DNA from: a virus
Lineage: Duplodnaviria > Caudoviricetes
Reading direction: 5' to 3' (one strand)
Virus record (IMG/VR): IMGVR_UViG_3300043447_000200
Location: 1 to 57,920 of that record
DNA length: 57,920 nucleotides
Every line of letters starts with the position of its first letter. Position 1 is the stretch's first letter. Positions 44,447 to 54,553 of the stretch are shown one piece after another. Made by a program: the position numbers and the translations under genes. Below the pieces are notes generated by a model. It worked only from the letters and a program-made list of their open reading frames with translations. It was not told the origin of the DNA and ran no database searches.

Positions 44447-45906
44447 CAGATCTGGCCGTTGCCGACTATGCCGATGAAGGACTGGTCACCTACTTTCCTC
44501 CAGGGCCAAACGCCGCCCTGTTCCACAACGACCACTCCTTCGTCCGCGGCCTCATGGGGCCGGTCGGTTCTGGTAAGTCGTCTTCCTGCTGCTCCGAGAT
44601 CGTCATGCGAGCCATCAAGCAGGAGCCGTGGTACGACAAGGTCAGACGATCGCGATGGGCCATCATCCGAAACACCTACCCCGAGCTGAAGTCCACCACG
44701 ATCAAAACGTGGCAAACCTGGTTCCCCCAGAACGTGGCGCCTATCCGCTGGGATACGCCCATCACCTCGACCATGCGCATCGACGACATTGGCGACGGCA
44801 CAGCCCTTGAGCTGGAAGTCGTCTTCTTGGCGCTCGATTCCGAGATGGACACTGGCAAGCTGCGTTCACTCGAACTCACTGGCGTCTGGATCAACGAAGC
44901 ATCTGAGATCGCCAAGGGCGTGTTCGACATGTGCACCCAGCGTGTGGGGCGCTATCCCTCCAAGTTGAAGGGTGGCCCAAGCTGGACCGGCGTGATCATG
45001 GATACCAACCCACCCGACGACGACCACTGGTATTACCAGTTCGCCGAGGTGGAAACGCCAAAAGCATGGAAGTTCTTCCGTCAGCCTGGCGGCTTGTACC
45101 GCGACGAGGACGGCACCTACCATCCCAATCCAGAGGCCGAGAACACTGACAACCTGCCCAACGGCCACCAGTACTACATGAACCAGATCGCCGGTAAGAC
45201 CGAGGGCTGGATCAATGTGTTCCTGATGGGCAACTACGGCACGACCTCAGACGGCAAGCCGGTCTACCCTGAGTGGAATGACCGAGTGCATGTGTCCGAC
45301 AAACCGCTTGAGCCTGTGCGTGGCCTGCCCATCATCCTTGGGTGGGACTTCGGGTTAACCCCAGCATGCATCATTGGCCAACAGATGCCCACCGGCCAGC
45401 TCCGGATCCTCGAAGAGATCATCGCCGAGGACATGGGTATTCGCCAATTCGTGTCTGATGTGGTTCGCCCGATCCTCACGAACAAGTACAACGGCTTCAC
45501 CCGATTTTCCGAAGGCGACCCTGCTGGCCAGATCCGCGCTCAGACCGATGAGCGCACCTGCTTGCAAGAGCTTCTCGAACTAGGCATCCCTACTGAGCCT
45601 GCGCCAACCAATGATTGGATCCCACGGCGCGAATCAGTGGCGTACTTCCTGACCCGCATGATTGACGGCGCTGGCGGCTTATTGCTCGACCCGCGCTGCT
45701 CAACACTGCGCAAAGGATTCAATGGTCGCTACCGCTATGAACGCCTGAAATCCTCAGGCCAAGCGCGATACAGAGACCGCCCTGTCAAGGATGCGTTCTC
45801 GCACCCCCACGACGCTCTCCAGTATTTGTGCATGCGAGTTCGCAATGGCCTGCGCCCTGTGCGCGCTCGTACCGTTGCAACCGTATCAAGTAAAGGTTGG
45901 ACCTGA
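44443..45906 (+). CDS. terL: Terminase large subunit
   Basis: Walker A GPVGSGKS, Walker B WINEA, DTNPP, nuclease GWDFG and SHPHDALQY. Confidence 0.96.
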   Translation: MTDLAVADYADEGLVTYFPPGPNAALFHNDHSFVRGLMGPVGSGKSSSCCSEIVMRAIKQEPWYDKVRRSRWAIIRNTYPELKSTTIKTWQTWFPQNVAPIRWDTPITSTMRIDDIGDGTALELEVVFLALDSEMDTGKLRSLELTGVWINEASEIAKGVFDMCTQRVGRYPSKLKGGPSWTGVIMDTNPPDDDHWYYQFAEVETPKAWKFFRQPGGLYRDEDGTYHPNPEAENTDNLPNGHQYYMNQIAGKTEGWINVFLMGNYGTTSDGKPVYPEWNDRVHVSDKPLEPVRGLPIILGWDFGLTPACIIGQQMPTGQLRILEEIIAEDMGIRQFVSDVVRPILTNKYNGFTRFSEGDPAGQIRAQTDERTCLQELLELGIPTEPAPTNDWIPRRESVAYFLTRMIDGAGGLLLDPRCSTLRKGFNGRYRYERLKSSGQARYRDRPVKDAFSHPHDALQYLCMRVRNGLRPVRARTVATVSSKGWT

Positions 45907-45908
45907 TC

Positions 45909-47912
45909 ATGAATGGCATCGCCGTAGCAGCTATTAAGCCGCCTCCACTCATCGAGGTGGACATCAAAACCAAACAAGAGGTCAAGCTCATCGACGAGCT
46001 TGGCTCCGATTTATCACGCCATCTCACTGATTGCTGGGAGCGCGCCAAGTTCGCGAAGACCGAAATTACTGAGCGCCTGCTCAAGTGCGAGCGCCAGCGC
46101 CGCGGCGTCTACGACCCCGATCGGCAGATGGACATCGCCAAGACCGGCGGCTCCGACATCTACATGCGCCTGACCGACATCAAGGCCCGCGCTGCTGCCA
46201 ACTGGATCACCGATGTGATGCTGGCCTCTGGCCGTCGCCCCTTCGAACTCCAGGCATCCAAAGAGCCTGAGCTGCCACCCGAGATCTCGGCGGGCATCGT
46301 TGAGCTGGTGCGCATGGAGATGGAAGCCTTCGTACAGTCCGGTGGTCAAGTCCATCCCGAGGCCTTCCGTGTGCGCATGGAGCAGGTTCACGATCACATC
46401 ATGGACAAGATGCGGGAAGAGGCCGACAAGTGCGCCAACCGCATGGAAGACAAGATCGAGGACCAGCTCATGCAGGGCGGCTTCGAGCATGCCTTCCGCG
46501 ACTTCGTGGATGACTTCGTCACCTACCCTACGGCGATCTTGAAAGGCCCTGTTGTGCGCCGCAAGAAGCACATGAAGTGGGGTCCCAACTTCCAGCCCGT
46601 GGTCATCACAGACCATGTGCGTGAGACCGAGCGTGTATCGCCTCACGACATATTCCCCTCCCCCAACGCCAGCAACGTCAATGACGGCTACCTTATCCAG
46701 CGTCACCGCCTGACCCGAGCCTCGCTCGAGTCCATGCGCGGCACACCTGGGTACAGCGATTCACAGATCGACCAAGTTCTGCTGCGCTTTGGCGAGACCG
46801 GCTTCCGCAACTGGCTCATGGGCGACCAAGAGCGCGACCGCTTGGAAGGCAAGCCAATGGCTCGCATGTACACCAAGGAGGTCATCGAGGGCATCGAGTA
46901 TTGGGGTTCAGTCTCCGGCAAGATGCTCATCGGCTGGGGCATGAAGGGCAAGATCGACCAGTTCAAAGAATACGAGTGCAACATTTGGCAGATCGGCCCG
47001 TTCGTCATCAAGGCCATCTTGAACCCAGATCCTCTGGGCGAGCGTCCATACGAGATCGCCCAATGGGTGCCTGTTCCTGGCTCCTTCTGGGGCACAGCCC
47101 TGCCTGAGCAGATGCGCGATGTGCAGATCATGTGCAACGCCGCAGCTCGTGGCTTGGCCAACAACATGGGCATTGCCTCCGGTCCTCAGGCTGAGGTTGC
47201 CGTCGATCGCTTGCCTGACGGCGAACAAGTGACCTCGATGTTCCCCTGGAAGATCTGGCAGGTCACCTCGGACCGCACCGGTGGCGGTCAGCCAGCCGTT
47301 CGCTTCTTCCAGCCTGACATGAACGCCCAGCCTTTGATGGCGGTGTTCCAGTACTTCTCGAAGCAGGCCGACGAAGTGACCGGCATCCCGAACTATGTGT
47401 ACGGCGGTCAGGCTTCTGGCGGCGCTGGTCGCACGGCGTCTGGCTTATCCATGCTGATGGACAACGCAGCCAAGGGCATCAAGAGCGCGATCGCCTCCTG
47501 TGATGCGGTGGTCGCTTCGATCGTTGGGCGCCTGTATGTGCACAACATGATCTACGACCCCGACATCTCAGCCAAGGGTGATTTCAAGATCATTCCTCGT
47601 GGAGCCATGGGATTGGTGGCCAAAGAGCAGTTGCAGATGCGTCGCAACGAGTTCTTGCAAGCAACAGCGAACCCTGTCGACTTGCAGATCGTTGGACCCA
47701 AGGGTCGCGCCTACCTGCTTCGCCAGGTCGCCGAGTCTCTCCAGATGGACACAGACAAGCTCGTGCCCACCACAGAGCAAATCGAGTTCAAGGAAGAAAA
47801 CATGGCGGCGATGGCGCAGATGCAGCAGATGCAGCAACAGCCCGCAGCCCCCGCAGAGTTAGACCCCGCTGGCAATCCCGCCGGTGGGCAAGACGCAAAC
47901 ATTGTTCAGTGA
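45909..47912 (+). CDS. Portal protein
   Basis: About 670 aa after TerL; DEVTGIP...GAGRTASGLSMLM motif. Confidence 0.88.
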   Translation: MNGIAVAAIKPPPLIEVDIKTKQEVKLIDELGSDLSRHLTDCWERAKFAKTEITERLLKCERQRRGVYDPDRQMDIAKTGGSDIYMRLTDIKARAAANWITDVMLASGRRPFELQASKEPELPPEISAGIVELVRMEMEAFVQSGGQVHPEAFRVRMEQVHDHIMDKMREEADKCANRMEDKIEDQLMQGGFEHAFRDFVDDFVTYPTAILKGPVVRRKKHMKWGPNFQPVVITDHVRETERVSPHDIFPSPNASNVNDGYLIQRHRLTRASLESMRGTPGYSDSQIDQVLLRFGETGFRNWLMGDQERDRLEGKPMARMYTKEVIEGIEYWGSVSGKMLIGWGMKGKIDQFKEYECNIWQIGPFVIKAILNPDPLGERPYEIAQWVPVPGSFWGTALPEQMRDVQIMCNAAARGLANNMGIASGPQAEVAVDRLPDGEQVTSMFPWKIWQVTSDRTGGGQPAVRFFQPDMNAQPLMAVFQYFSKQADEVTGIPNYVYGGQASGGAGRTASGLSMLMDNAAKGIKSAIASCDAVVASIVGRLYVHNMIYDPDISAKGDFKIIPRGAMGLVAKEQLQMRRNEFLQATANPVDLQIVGPKGRAYLLRQVAESLQMDTDKLVPTTEQIEFKEENMAAMAQMQQMQQQPAAPAELDPAGNPAGGQDANIVQ

Positions 47913-47919
47913 GGCAATC

Positions 47920-48243
47920 ATGACCAAACCATTCCAAGGTAAACAGACCCCCGCCGAAGAGCGCGCAGAAGCTCGCATGGTTCGTTCGGGGAAGATGACT
48001 CCAGCTCAGTACGCCGCCGCAGAGAAGCGTGAGGGCGATACCAAATCAAAGGCTTCGCTCGAGTCCCGCGGTCGCGAGCTGGCCAGCGGTCGCATGAGCG
48101 CCGACAAGTACGCCGCAAGCGCACCCGACATGCGCAAGATGGCAGACGGTGGCTTGGTGTCCGGCATGGGCTTCCATGCACCCAACACACCCACCGGTGT
48201 ATGCGGCCCTGGCGTTCGTAGCCAGCAAGACTATCGCAAGTGA
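47920..48243 (+). CDS. Hypothetical protein
   Basis: GAGG RBS; KMADGGLV motif. Confidence 0.65.
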   Translation: MTKPFQGKQTPAEERAEARMVRSGKMTPAQYAAAEKREGDTKSKASLESRGRELASGRMSADKYAASAPDMRKMADGGLVSGMGFHAPNTPTGVCGPGVRSQQDYRK

Positions 48244-48249
48244 TTTGCA

Positions 48250-48483
48250 ATGCTAGGGAAAACACCAGCTAGAGTCATTGCAGCGTTGGCCTCATTGGAG
48301 GGCAACAGTGATTTTGAAGAGGTTTGTAAGTGGCTCAGTGATTCACTGAACGACATACGAACCTTGAATGATTCGACCAAGGATGAAGTTCAGACTCGGT
48401 GGAATCAAGGAGGATCGCAAGTGTTGGCCGATTTTCTCGAGAAGAAAGCCACTGCTCGCGCCACCCTCTACAAGATGAAGTAA
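48250..48483 (+). CDS. Small head-region protein (between portal and scaffold)
   Basis: Position and R..QG motif. Confidence 0.6.
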   Translation: MLGKTPARVIAALASLEGNSDFEEVCKWLSDSLNDIRTLNDSTKDEVQTRWNQGGSQVLADFLEKKATARATLYKMK

Positions 48484-48581
48484 ACCGCCCCGTCGGGGCA
48501 AACGCTTGCTCAGTGGCGTTCACTGGCACCGAGAACACCGGAACGAAGTGTAGGGAAAACCCTTAGAGGCCCCGAACCGAA

Positions 48582-49547
48582 GTGAAGGCTCAAGGAGATT
48601 TTGATTTGGAAGCAACCCTACCACGCTCTGTCCAAGAGGCAGAAAGAAAGGCAGAAGAAGCTCTTCAACGACTGCAAGCTGCTCGTCAGCCGCAGCCACC
48701 ACAGGCAGATCCAGCTCCGGCTCCTGCCGATCCGCAACCGGCCACACCGCCTGTTGCGAGCGCACCTTCAGCGCCAGCCGCAGATCCTGCGCCAGCGCCC
48801 ACCAACACCCCTTCCGAGGGAGACGACAAGTGGGAAGCACGGTACAAGACCTTGCATGGCAAGTACAACGCTGAGGTTCCGCGGTTGCATGCGGCGCTCA
48901 AAGAGCGCGAAAGCAAGTTGAATAGCCTGACCGAAGAGGTGGAGGCGTTGAAGGCGCAGATGGAGGCTCGTAAAGATCCTCTCGTCAAGCCAGAGGAAGT
49001 GAATGAGTTTGGTGAGCCACTCGTTGATCTGATCCGTCGCGCAGCGCGTGAAGAGGTTCAGGCCAAGGATCTGGAAATTCAGCAGCTCAAGCGTCGTGTC
49101 GACTCTGTTGAGACCACGAAGGTGCAGGACAAAGAGATCAGCTTTTATGAGAAGTTGAATCAGGATGTCCCGAACTGGATGGCAATCAACGACGACCCCG
49201 CATTTCACGCCTGGCTCGGTGAGGTCGATGACCTTACAGGCGCACAACGTCAGGCCATTTTGTCGGCGGCTGAGGAGCAGCGCGATGCGGATCGCGTTGC
49301 CAGATTCTTCAAAGCGTTTGAACGGGTGCAAACAAATAACGCGGCGACAGCTTCGGCTTCGCTTGACGCGCAGACTGCGCCGGTGACATCGCGAGTCGAT
49401 GTTCCACCGCAGGGCAAGAAGATCTGGACTCGAGCAGAGATCGCAGACTTTTATGCCCGTGACCGCAGAGGCGAGTTGAGTGAAAAGGATGCTGCTGCCA
49501 TTGATGCAGAAATTCAGTTAGCTGTTCGCGAGAATCGTGTCAGGTAA
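48582..49547 (+). CDS. Capsid scaffolding protein (true start possibly TTG 48606)
   Basis: Pro/Ala-rich N-terminus, WEARYKTLHGKYNAEV, coiled coil; upstream of the capsid gene. Confidence 0.8.
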   Translation: MKAQGDFDLEATLPRSVQEAERKAEEALQRLQAARQPQPPQADPAPAPADPQPATPPVASAPSAPAADPAPAPTNTPSEGDDKWEARYKTLHGKYNAEVPRLHAALKERESKLNSLTEEVEALKAQMEARKDPLVKPEEVNEFGEPLVDLIRRAAREEVQAKDLEIQQLKRRVDSVETTKVQDKEISFYEKLNQDVPNWMAINDDPAFHAWLGEVDDLTGAQRQAILSAAEEQRDADRVARFFKAFERVQTNNAATASASLDAQTAPVTSRVDVPPQGKKIWTRAEIADFYARDRRGELSEKDAAAIDAEIQLAVRENRVR

Positions 49548-49571
49548 CTGAGCACCTAAAAGGTACTCAAA

Positions 49572-50549
49572 ATGTCTTTAGCAGTTAACAGCGGTTACTA
49601 CACCTCAGGCCAAACCACCGACGCCTACTCCGGCAACTTCATCCCCGAAATTTGGTCGGGCAAGTTGCAAGTCAAGTTCTACAAATCGACCGTCTTGGGC
49701 GAAATCACGAACAACGACTGGGAAGGCGAGATCAAGGGCCAAGGCGACAAGGTCAACATCCGCACCATCCCAACGATCACCGTTCGTAACTACACCAAGG
49801 GTCAGAACTTGACCAACGAAGTGCCACAAAGCACTCCGATCGAGTTGAACATCGACAAGGGCAAGTACTTCGCCGTGGTCTTGGACGACGTCGACGCTAC
49901 CCAAGCCGATGTGAAGTTGATGGACATGTTCACCAACGACGCATCTCAGCAAATGAAGATCTCTGTGGACGGCGACGTTCTGGGTTCTGTCTACGCTGAC
50001 GCAGCCTCCGCCAACAAAGGCGCAACTGCTGGCGCCATCTCTGGCGACATCAACTTGGGTGCCACTGGCGCTCCTCGTCAGGTGACCGCCGCCAACGTGC
50101 TCGACATGATCTTGGACATGGGCCAAGTGTTGGATGAGCAGAACGTGCCCGAAGATGGCCGCTGGGTCGTGTTGCCCGTGTGGATGACCAGCTTGATCAA
50201 GCGCTCTGACTTGAAGCAAGCCTACCTGACCGGCGACACCGTTACTCCTTTGCGTAACGGCAAGATCGGCATGATCGACCGTTTCACCGTGTACTCGTCT
50301 AACAACCTGGCTTCGGTGAACGACCTGGGTGCTGACGCTGCTTCCGGTGGTACTGGTGGTAACGCCGACTACAAAGCATGGCGCATCTTGGCTGGCACTC
50401 GTGACGCGATCTCTTTCGCTTCACAGATGACCAACGTCGAGACCCTCCGTGCTCAGTCGACATTCGGCAACATCGTGCGCGGCTTGAACGTGTACGGCTA
50501 CAAAGTGACAAAACCCGAAGCTTTGGTTTCTGGTTACGTCCGTAAGTGA
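49572..50549 (+). CDS. Major capsid protein
   Basis: FIPEIWSGKL...GDKVNI...VRGLNVYGYKV..PEAL; strongly biased codon usage. Confidence 0.92.
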   Translation: MSLAVNSGYYTSGQTTDAYSGNFIPEIWSGKLQVKFYKSTVLGEITNNDWEGEIKGQGDKVNIRTIPTITVRNYTKGQNLTNEVPQSTPIELNIDKGKYFAVVLDDVDATQADVKLMDMFTNDASQQMKISVDGDVLGSVYADAASANKGATAGAISGDINLGATGAPRQVTAANVLDMILDMGQVLDEQNVPEDGRWVVLPVWMTSLIKRSDLKQAYLTGDTVTPLRNGKIGMIDRFTVYSSNNLASVNDLGADAASGGTGGNADYKAWRILAGTRDAISFASQMTNVETLRAQSTFGNIVRGLNVYGYKVTKPEALVSGYVRK

Positions 50550-50568
50550 TCCGCAAGGATTGACTAAA

Positions 50569-50602
50569 GGGGAGGATGGGAAACCGTTCTCCCCATTTTT
50601 TT
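50569..50602 (+). terminator. Intrinsic terminator after the capsid gene
   Basis: GGGGAGGATGG-GAAA-CCGTTCTCCCC followed by a T-tract. Confidence 0.85.
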
Positions 50603-50619
50603 AACCAACAGGAACTTGT

Positions 50620-50949
50620 ATGACACAGAAGCTTTTGCGACAAAAAGGTACCGGCGAGATCTACGTCTGGACAGAAACTCTGGCCGCTCGCGACGACATG
50701 GAATTGATCGAGCGTGGCGCCCCTGCCCCGCAACCCGAAGTAGCCGAGCAACCTCAAGAGTCGGAAGCAGTGCAACAAGAGCAAGAGCAAGCTCCTGAGG
50801 CAGAAAACACCAGCCAAAATTCAGACAGTGCCAGCGCGGAACCCGAGCCTGATCCTGCCTTGAACGAGGCGATGCAGGCTTTTCGCAGACAGGTAGGTAA
50901 AGGCGGTAAGAAAGCCGCTGAACAAGACCAACCAACGGGTGACGCATGA
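50620..50949 (+). CDS. Hypothetical protein
   Basis: Acidic low-complexity ORF with AGGA RBS. Confidence 0.7.
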   Translation: MTQKLLRQKGTGEIYVWTETLAARDDMELIERGAPAPQPEVAEQPQESEAVQQEQEQAPEAENTSQNSDSASAEPEPDPALNEAMQAFRRQVGKGGKKAAEQDQPTGDA

Positions 50950-51632
50950 TCGCATCGGACGTAATCTCTCGCGTAAGGAATTTGCTGAACGACACTGATT
51001 CAGCAAATTACCGCTGGACTACGTCCGAGCTTCTTAGCGCGATCAACGACGCACAAGGCGTCATCGCAACCCACCGCCCAGATGCATCGTCAGTTGTTGG
51101 CGATGTCACTCTGATCGAAGGCCCCGCACAAACCATCACCGGCAAGCGTCTGATCGACGTTGTCGGCAATGTCAGTTCTGCTGGCGTTCTAGGCCGTGCA
51201 GTCACACTGGTTGATGGCAGCGTGATCGACGCATTCGATCCTTCGTGGCGCTCTGGAGTCAGGAAGTCATCCGTCAAGCACTACATCTACGATCCTCGCA
51301 ACCCACTGGTGTACGAGGTCTACCCGCCTGTCTTGGCTGACACCAAGCTGCGAATCAAATATGCATCCAACCCCGCGCCCGTTTCGGCAGAGGGCAACAC
51401 ACTGAGCGTTTCGGACGCGTACTTAGAACCAGTGGTCATGTACGTGATGTTCAAGGCTTACTCCAAAGATGCCGAGTTCTCTGGCAACGCCGTGCTTGCA
51501 GCTCAATACCTGGGCTTGTTCAACAGCCTGCTCGGTATCAAGACCACCAAGGACAACTCGTTCAGCCCCGCGGCAAACCGCAGAGGCGACACGTCTAAGG
51601 CTGCTGGCGCACAAATGGGCGGTGTCCTATGA
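50946..51632 (+). CDS. Head-tail adaptor-like virion protein
   Basis: RW...ELL..INDAQ...RPD...YPP...AYSKDAE. Confidence 0.7.
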   Translation: MIASDVISRVRNLLNDTDSANYRWTTSELLSAINDAQGVIATHRPDASSVVGDVTLIEGPAQTITGKRLIDVVGNVSSAGVLGRAVTLVDGSVIDAFDPSWRSGVRKSSVKHYIYDPRNPLVYEVYPPVLADTKLRIKYASNPAPVSAEGNTLSVSDAYLEPVVMYVMFKAYSKDAEFSGNAVLAAQYLGLFNSLLGIKTTKDNSFSPAANRRGDTSKAAGAQMGGVL

Positions 51633-52279
51633 GTTCATACGAAGCATTCTTCCCCTACGTTCTGCCAGAGGTCATCGGTGCACCCGAGCCTTTGGTCATC
51701 AATGCAATCCGCAACTCGGTCATCGAGTTCTGTGAAAAGAGCCTTGTGCTCACCCGCGACCATGATCCCGTGACGGTCTTGCCTGGAATCGTGGACTACG
51801 ACCTGGAGCCGCCTGGCGGTTACCTCGTGGTTAAGGTTATGCAGGCATGGCTCGACAACCAGCCGCTGGATCCTTTGGCGCCTGACTTCGTTCGTGAAGC
51901 GTCGGTCTACAACCGCCTCTTCGAATCCTACGAATCAGCCCCCTCTACGCCTCGTTTCTACCTCCAGAAAGACGAGCGCACGATCACCGTCTGGGAGCTG
52001 CCAGACAAGAAGTACACGAATGGCTTGACCATGCGCGTGGCCTTGAAGCCAACCCGAGCCTCGACAGAGGTTGAGGATGTGGTGTTCGAGGACTACGCCG
52101 AGACCATCGCTGCTGGCGCAATCATGCGTCTGATGATGTCTCCTGGTAAGGCATACACAAACATGGACCTTGCTGCGGTGCACAAGGGCATCTTCAACCA
52201 AGGCATCAACACAGCCAGACAGCGCGCAACGCACGGTCAGGTTCGCTCAGTGATGTCGGTCAAGCTACGAAGGATCTGA
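51629..52279 (+). CDS. Second adaptor/tail-tubular-like virion protein
   Basis: P.PL...AIR....EFCE...IA.GA..RL...PG. Confidence 0.65.
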   Translation: MSSYEAFFPYVLPEVIGAPEPLVINAIRNSVIEFCEKSLVLTRDHDPVTVLPGIVDYDLEPPGGYLVVKVMQAWLDNQPLDPLAPDFVREASVYNRLFESYESAPSTPRFYLQKDERTITVWELPDKKYTNGLTMRVALKPTRASTEVEDVVFEDYAETIAAGAIMRLMMSPGKAYTNMDLAAVHKGIFNQGINTARQRATHGQVRSVMSVKLRRI

Positions 52280-52280
52280 C

Positions 52281-52613
52281 ATGGCCGAGAAAATCAAACT
52301 CGTCCAAGGCGACACACGACCAGCGATTGTGGTGACCCTTACCGATGACATCACCGGTGAGGCAATCAACATCACTGGCGCTTCCGTGGTGATGCGCTTC
52401 CGCGCTGTTGGCAGCGCAACGCTTCAAGCGACGGTTACCGGCTCTGTGACCAACGGATCCGCTGGCCAGTGCGCCTTCTACCCCGCCTCAGCTCCTCAGA
52501 TGCTCACCGGCGATGCTGGCGACTACGAGGGTGAGATCGAGATCACATTCTCAGACAACACCAAGCAGACGGTGTACGACGTCATCAAGTTCAAGATGCG
52601 CGAGGACTTCTGA
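52281..52613 (+). CDS. BppU N-terminal-like virion protein
   Basis: QGDTRP...G.Y.GEIEITF.D....T. Confidence 0.6.
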   Translation: MAEKIKLVQGDTRPAIVVTLTDDITGEAINITGASVVMRFRAVGSATLQATVTGSVTNGSAGQCAFYPASAPQMLTGDAGDYEGEIEITFSDNTKQTVYDVIKFKMREDF

Positions 52614-53524
52614 TGCCGGCCAATGTAACGCCCAACACCACAAGAGCCACTGTCTCGGTCATCACGGCCAGAGCCAGTGTGTCTGTTGTCGTGCCTGTTG
52701 TTGGCGTTACGGTCGCTGTTCCTGTTGCCTACATCAGCTACATCCTGATCACGCCATCTGCCTACACCGACACCACAGGCCGATTCAAATACGTTGTGGA
52801 TTCAGTTGTCATGGCAGACGCCAAGAGCATCGCTCTGGCCAAAGCCTTGTCAGACGCGATCGGCGTTGCTGACAGCGCTCCGGTGTTCAGTGTCAACAAG
52901 AGCTTGACAGACAGTGTGGGCTTGAGCGAGGCGTTCGCTCGCACACTGGTTTACATCCGCAACTTTGCAGACGCCGCAAACATCACAGACGCAGCCGCTT
53001 TCTCGGTGGTGAAGGCTTTGGCCGATACCGCCTCGATGAGCGACTCGGCTACCCGAACCCTGGCCAAGCGGCTTTCTGATGGCGTGGCTATGAACGACTC
53101 GTTCGACGCCACCGATGGATCTCAGTGGGCGTTAACCAAGGGTGTGAACAACGTTGTTCTCGCAACCGACAGCAGGACCACTGCGTTCTCCAAAGCGCTG
53201 GCCGACACAATCGGGTTGCTTGATAGCGTTTCATTCAGCACTTCCAAGTCATTGGCTGATGTTGCGGTCATAGGAGATGCGCATGCGTTTGCGATCGGGA
53301 TAGCCAAATCTGAATCAGTTTCAGCAACCGAGAGCTTTGCGTTTGGTTTCAATTTAGCCCAGCGCCAAGACTCAATTCTCGTGTCGGATTCTTCGACGCG
53401 AACGCCCACGAAGGGCTTATCTGAATCTGCGTCGTCAGCCGACGCCGGATACCTGTATTCGCAGGGGTACTGCGATATAACCTACTTCGCATCCGATTAC
53501 GTCGGCGCGTACAGAACCTTTTAG
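52613..53524 (+). CDS. Virion protein with about 19-aa KALAD/KSLTD repeats
   Basis: Repeats visible in the translation; YFASDYVG C-terminus. Confidence 0.65.
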   Translation: MPANVTPNTTRATVSVITARASVSVVVPVVGVTVAVPVAYISYILITPSAYTDTTGRFKYVVDSVVMADAKSIALAKALSDAIGVADSAPVFSVNKSLTDSVGLSEAFARTLVYIRNFADAANITDAAAFSVVKALADTASMSDSATRTLAKRLSDGVAMNDSFDATDGSQWALTKGVNNVVLATDSRTTAFSKALADTIGLLDSVSFSTSKSLADVAVIGDAHAFAIGIAKSESVSATESFAFGFNLAQRQDSILVSDSSTRTPTKGLSESASSADAGYLYSQGYCDITYFASDYVGAYRTF

Positions 53525-53532
53525 GAACAAAC

Positions 53533-53982
53533 ATGCTTCAAGAAAATATCAAAGTCACTGGCAACGTTTTGGTACAACTGTTCGACAAGAACGGCAACGT
53601 CAAAGAAGAGCGCGAGATCAAGAACCTTGTGGTCACCGCAGGCAAGGGCTTCATCGCCGCGAGCATGCTCAAGACCACAACCAACTCGCCAGCCGCAATG
53701 AGCCACATGGCTATCGGCGCGACCAGCACCGCCGCAGCAAACGGCGACACAGCCTTGGGCAGTGAGCTTGGTCGAGTGAGCTTGGCTTCTGCAACCAACT
53801 CTGGCGCAGTGACCACATACACCGCCTCCTTCCCCGCTGGTACCGGTACTGGTGCTGTGGTGGAGGCTGGCATTCTGAACAACTCGAGCGGTGGCACGAT
53901 GCTTTGCCGCACTGTGTTCGCCGTGGTGAACAAGGGTGCTGACGACGCGATGAGCATTACTTGGGCGATCACGGTCTCCTAA
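53533..53982 (+). CDS. Tail-collar/fibre base protein
   Basis: NLVVTAGK...TALGSELGR...EAGILN...VNK. Confidence 0.65.
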   Translation: MLQENIKVTGNVLVQLFDKNGNVKEEREIKNLVVTAGKGFIAASMLKTTTNSPAAMSHMAIGATSTAAANGDTALGSELGRVSLASATNSGAVTTYTASFPAGTGTGAVVEAGILNNSSGGTMLCRTVFAVVNKGADDAMSITWAITVS

Positions 53983-53994
53983 TAGGAGGGCGGC

Positions 53995-54207
53995 ATGTCA
54001 ACCATAACACTGCGCAACACAAAGGGCTCTCCCCTTACAAACACCGAGGTCGACAACAACTTCTCCAACTTGAACACAGACAAGATGGAGAAGAGCAGCA
54101 ACCTCAGTGACTTGGCGAGCGCGTCGACAGCAAGAACCAATCTGGGCGTATTAAGCGCCGCAGAGGTTCAAGAGCAGGCGATCGCGTTCTCCATCGCGCT
54201 CGGATAA
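53995..54207 (+). CDS. Small virion protein
   Basis: KGSPLTNTEVDNNF..L...AIAFSIALG. Confidence 0.7.
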   Translation: MSTITLRNTKGSPLTNTEVDNNFSNLNTDKMEKSSNLSDLASASTARTNLGVLSAAEVQEQAIAFSIALG

Positions 54208-54216
54208 GGAAGTACC

Positions 54217-54543
54217 ATGGCATTCAAATCAAAAGTAACGGCAAACATCAGCACATCAGGTAGCCCCTCAACCGTGACACCCACGGTGAGCAGCGGCACG
54301 ACCGCTACGCTGATTGGCTTGTCGCTGGCTAACACCACCGCGGTCAACATCACCGTGTCTGCCAAGCTGGTTAAGGCTGATGCGTCAAGCGGCTTCTTGG
54401 TGAAGGATGCCACGGTTCTACCTGGTGGCGCATTGGCCATCGTTGGCGGCGACCAGAAGGTCGTGCTTGAGGCTGGTGACTCGGTCACTGCATATGCAAG
54501 CGCAAGCAACTCTGCTGACGCCGTTGTCTCGTACCTAGTGTAA
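54217..54543 (+). CDS. Virion structural protein
   Basis: Beta-rich; KVVLEAGD motif. Confidence 0.7.
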   Translation: MAFKSKVTANISTSGSPSTVTPTVSSGTTATLIGLSLANTTAVNITVSAKLVKADASSGFLVKDATVLPGGALAIVGGDQKVVLEAGDSVTAYASASNSADAVVSYLV

Positions 54544-54553
54544 GGAGCCGATT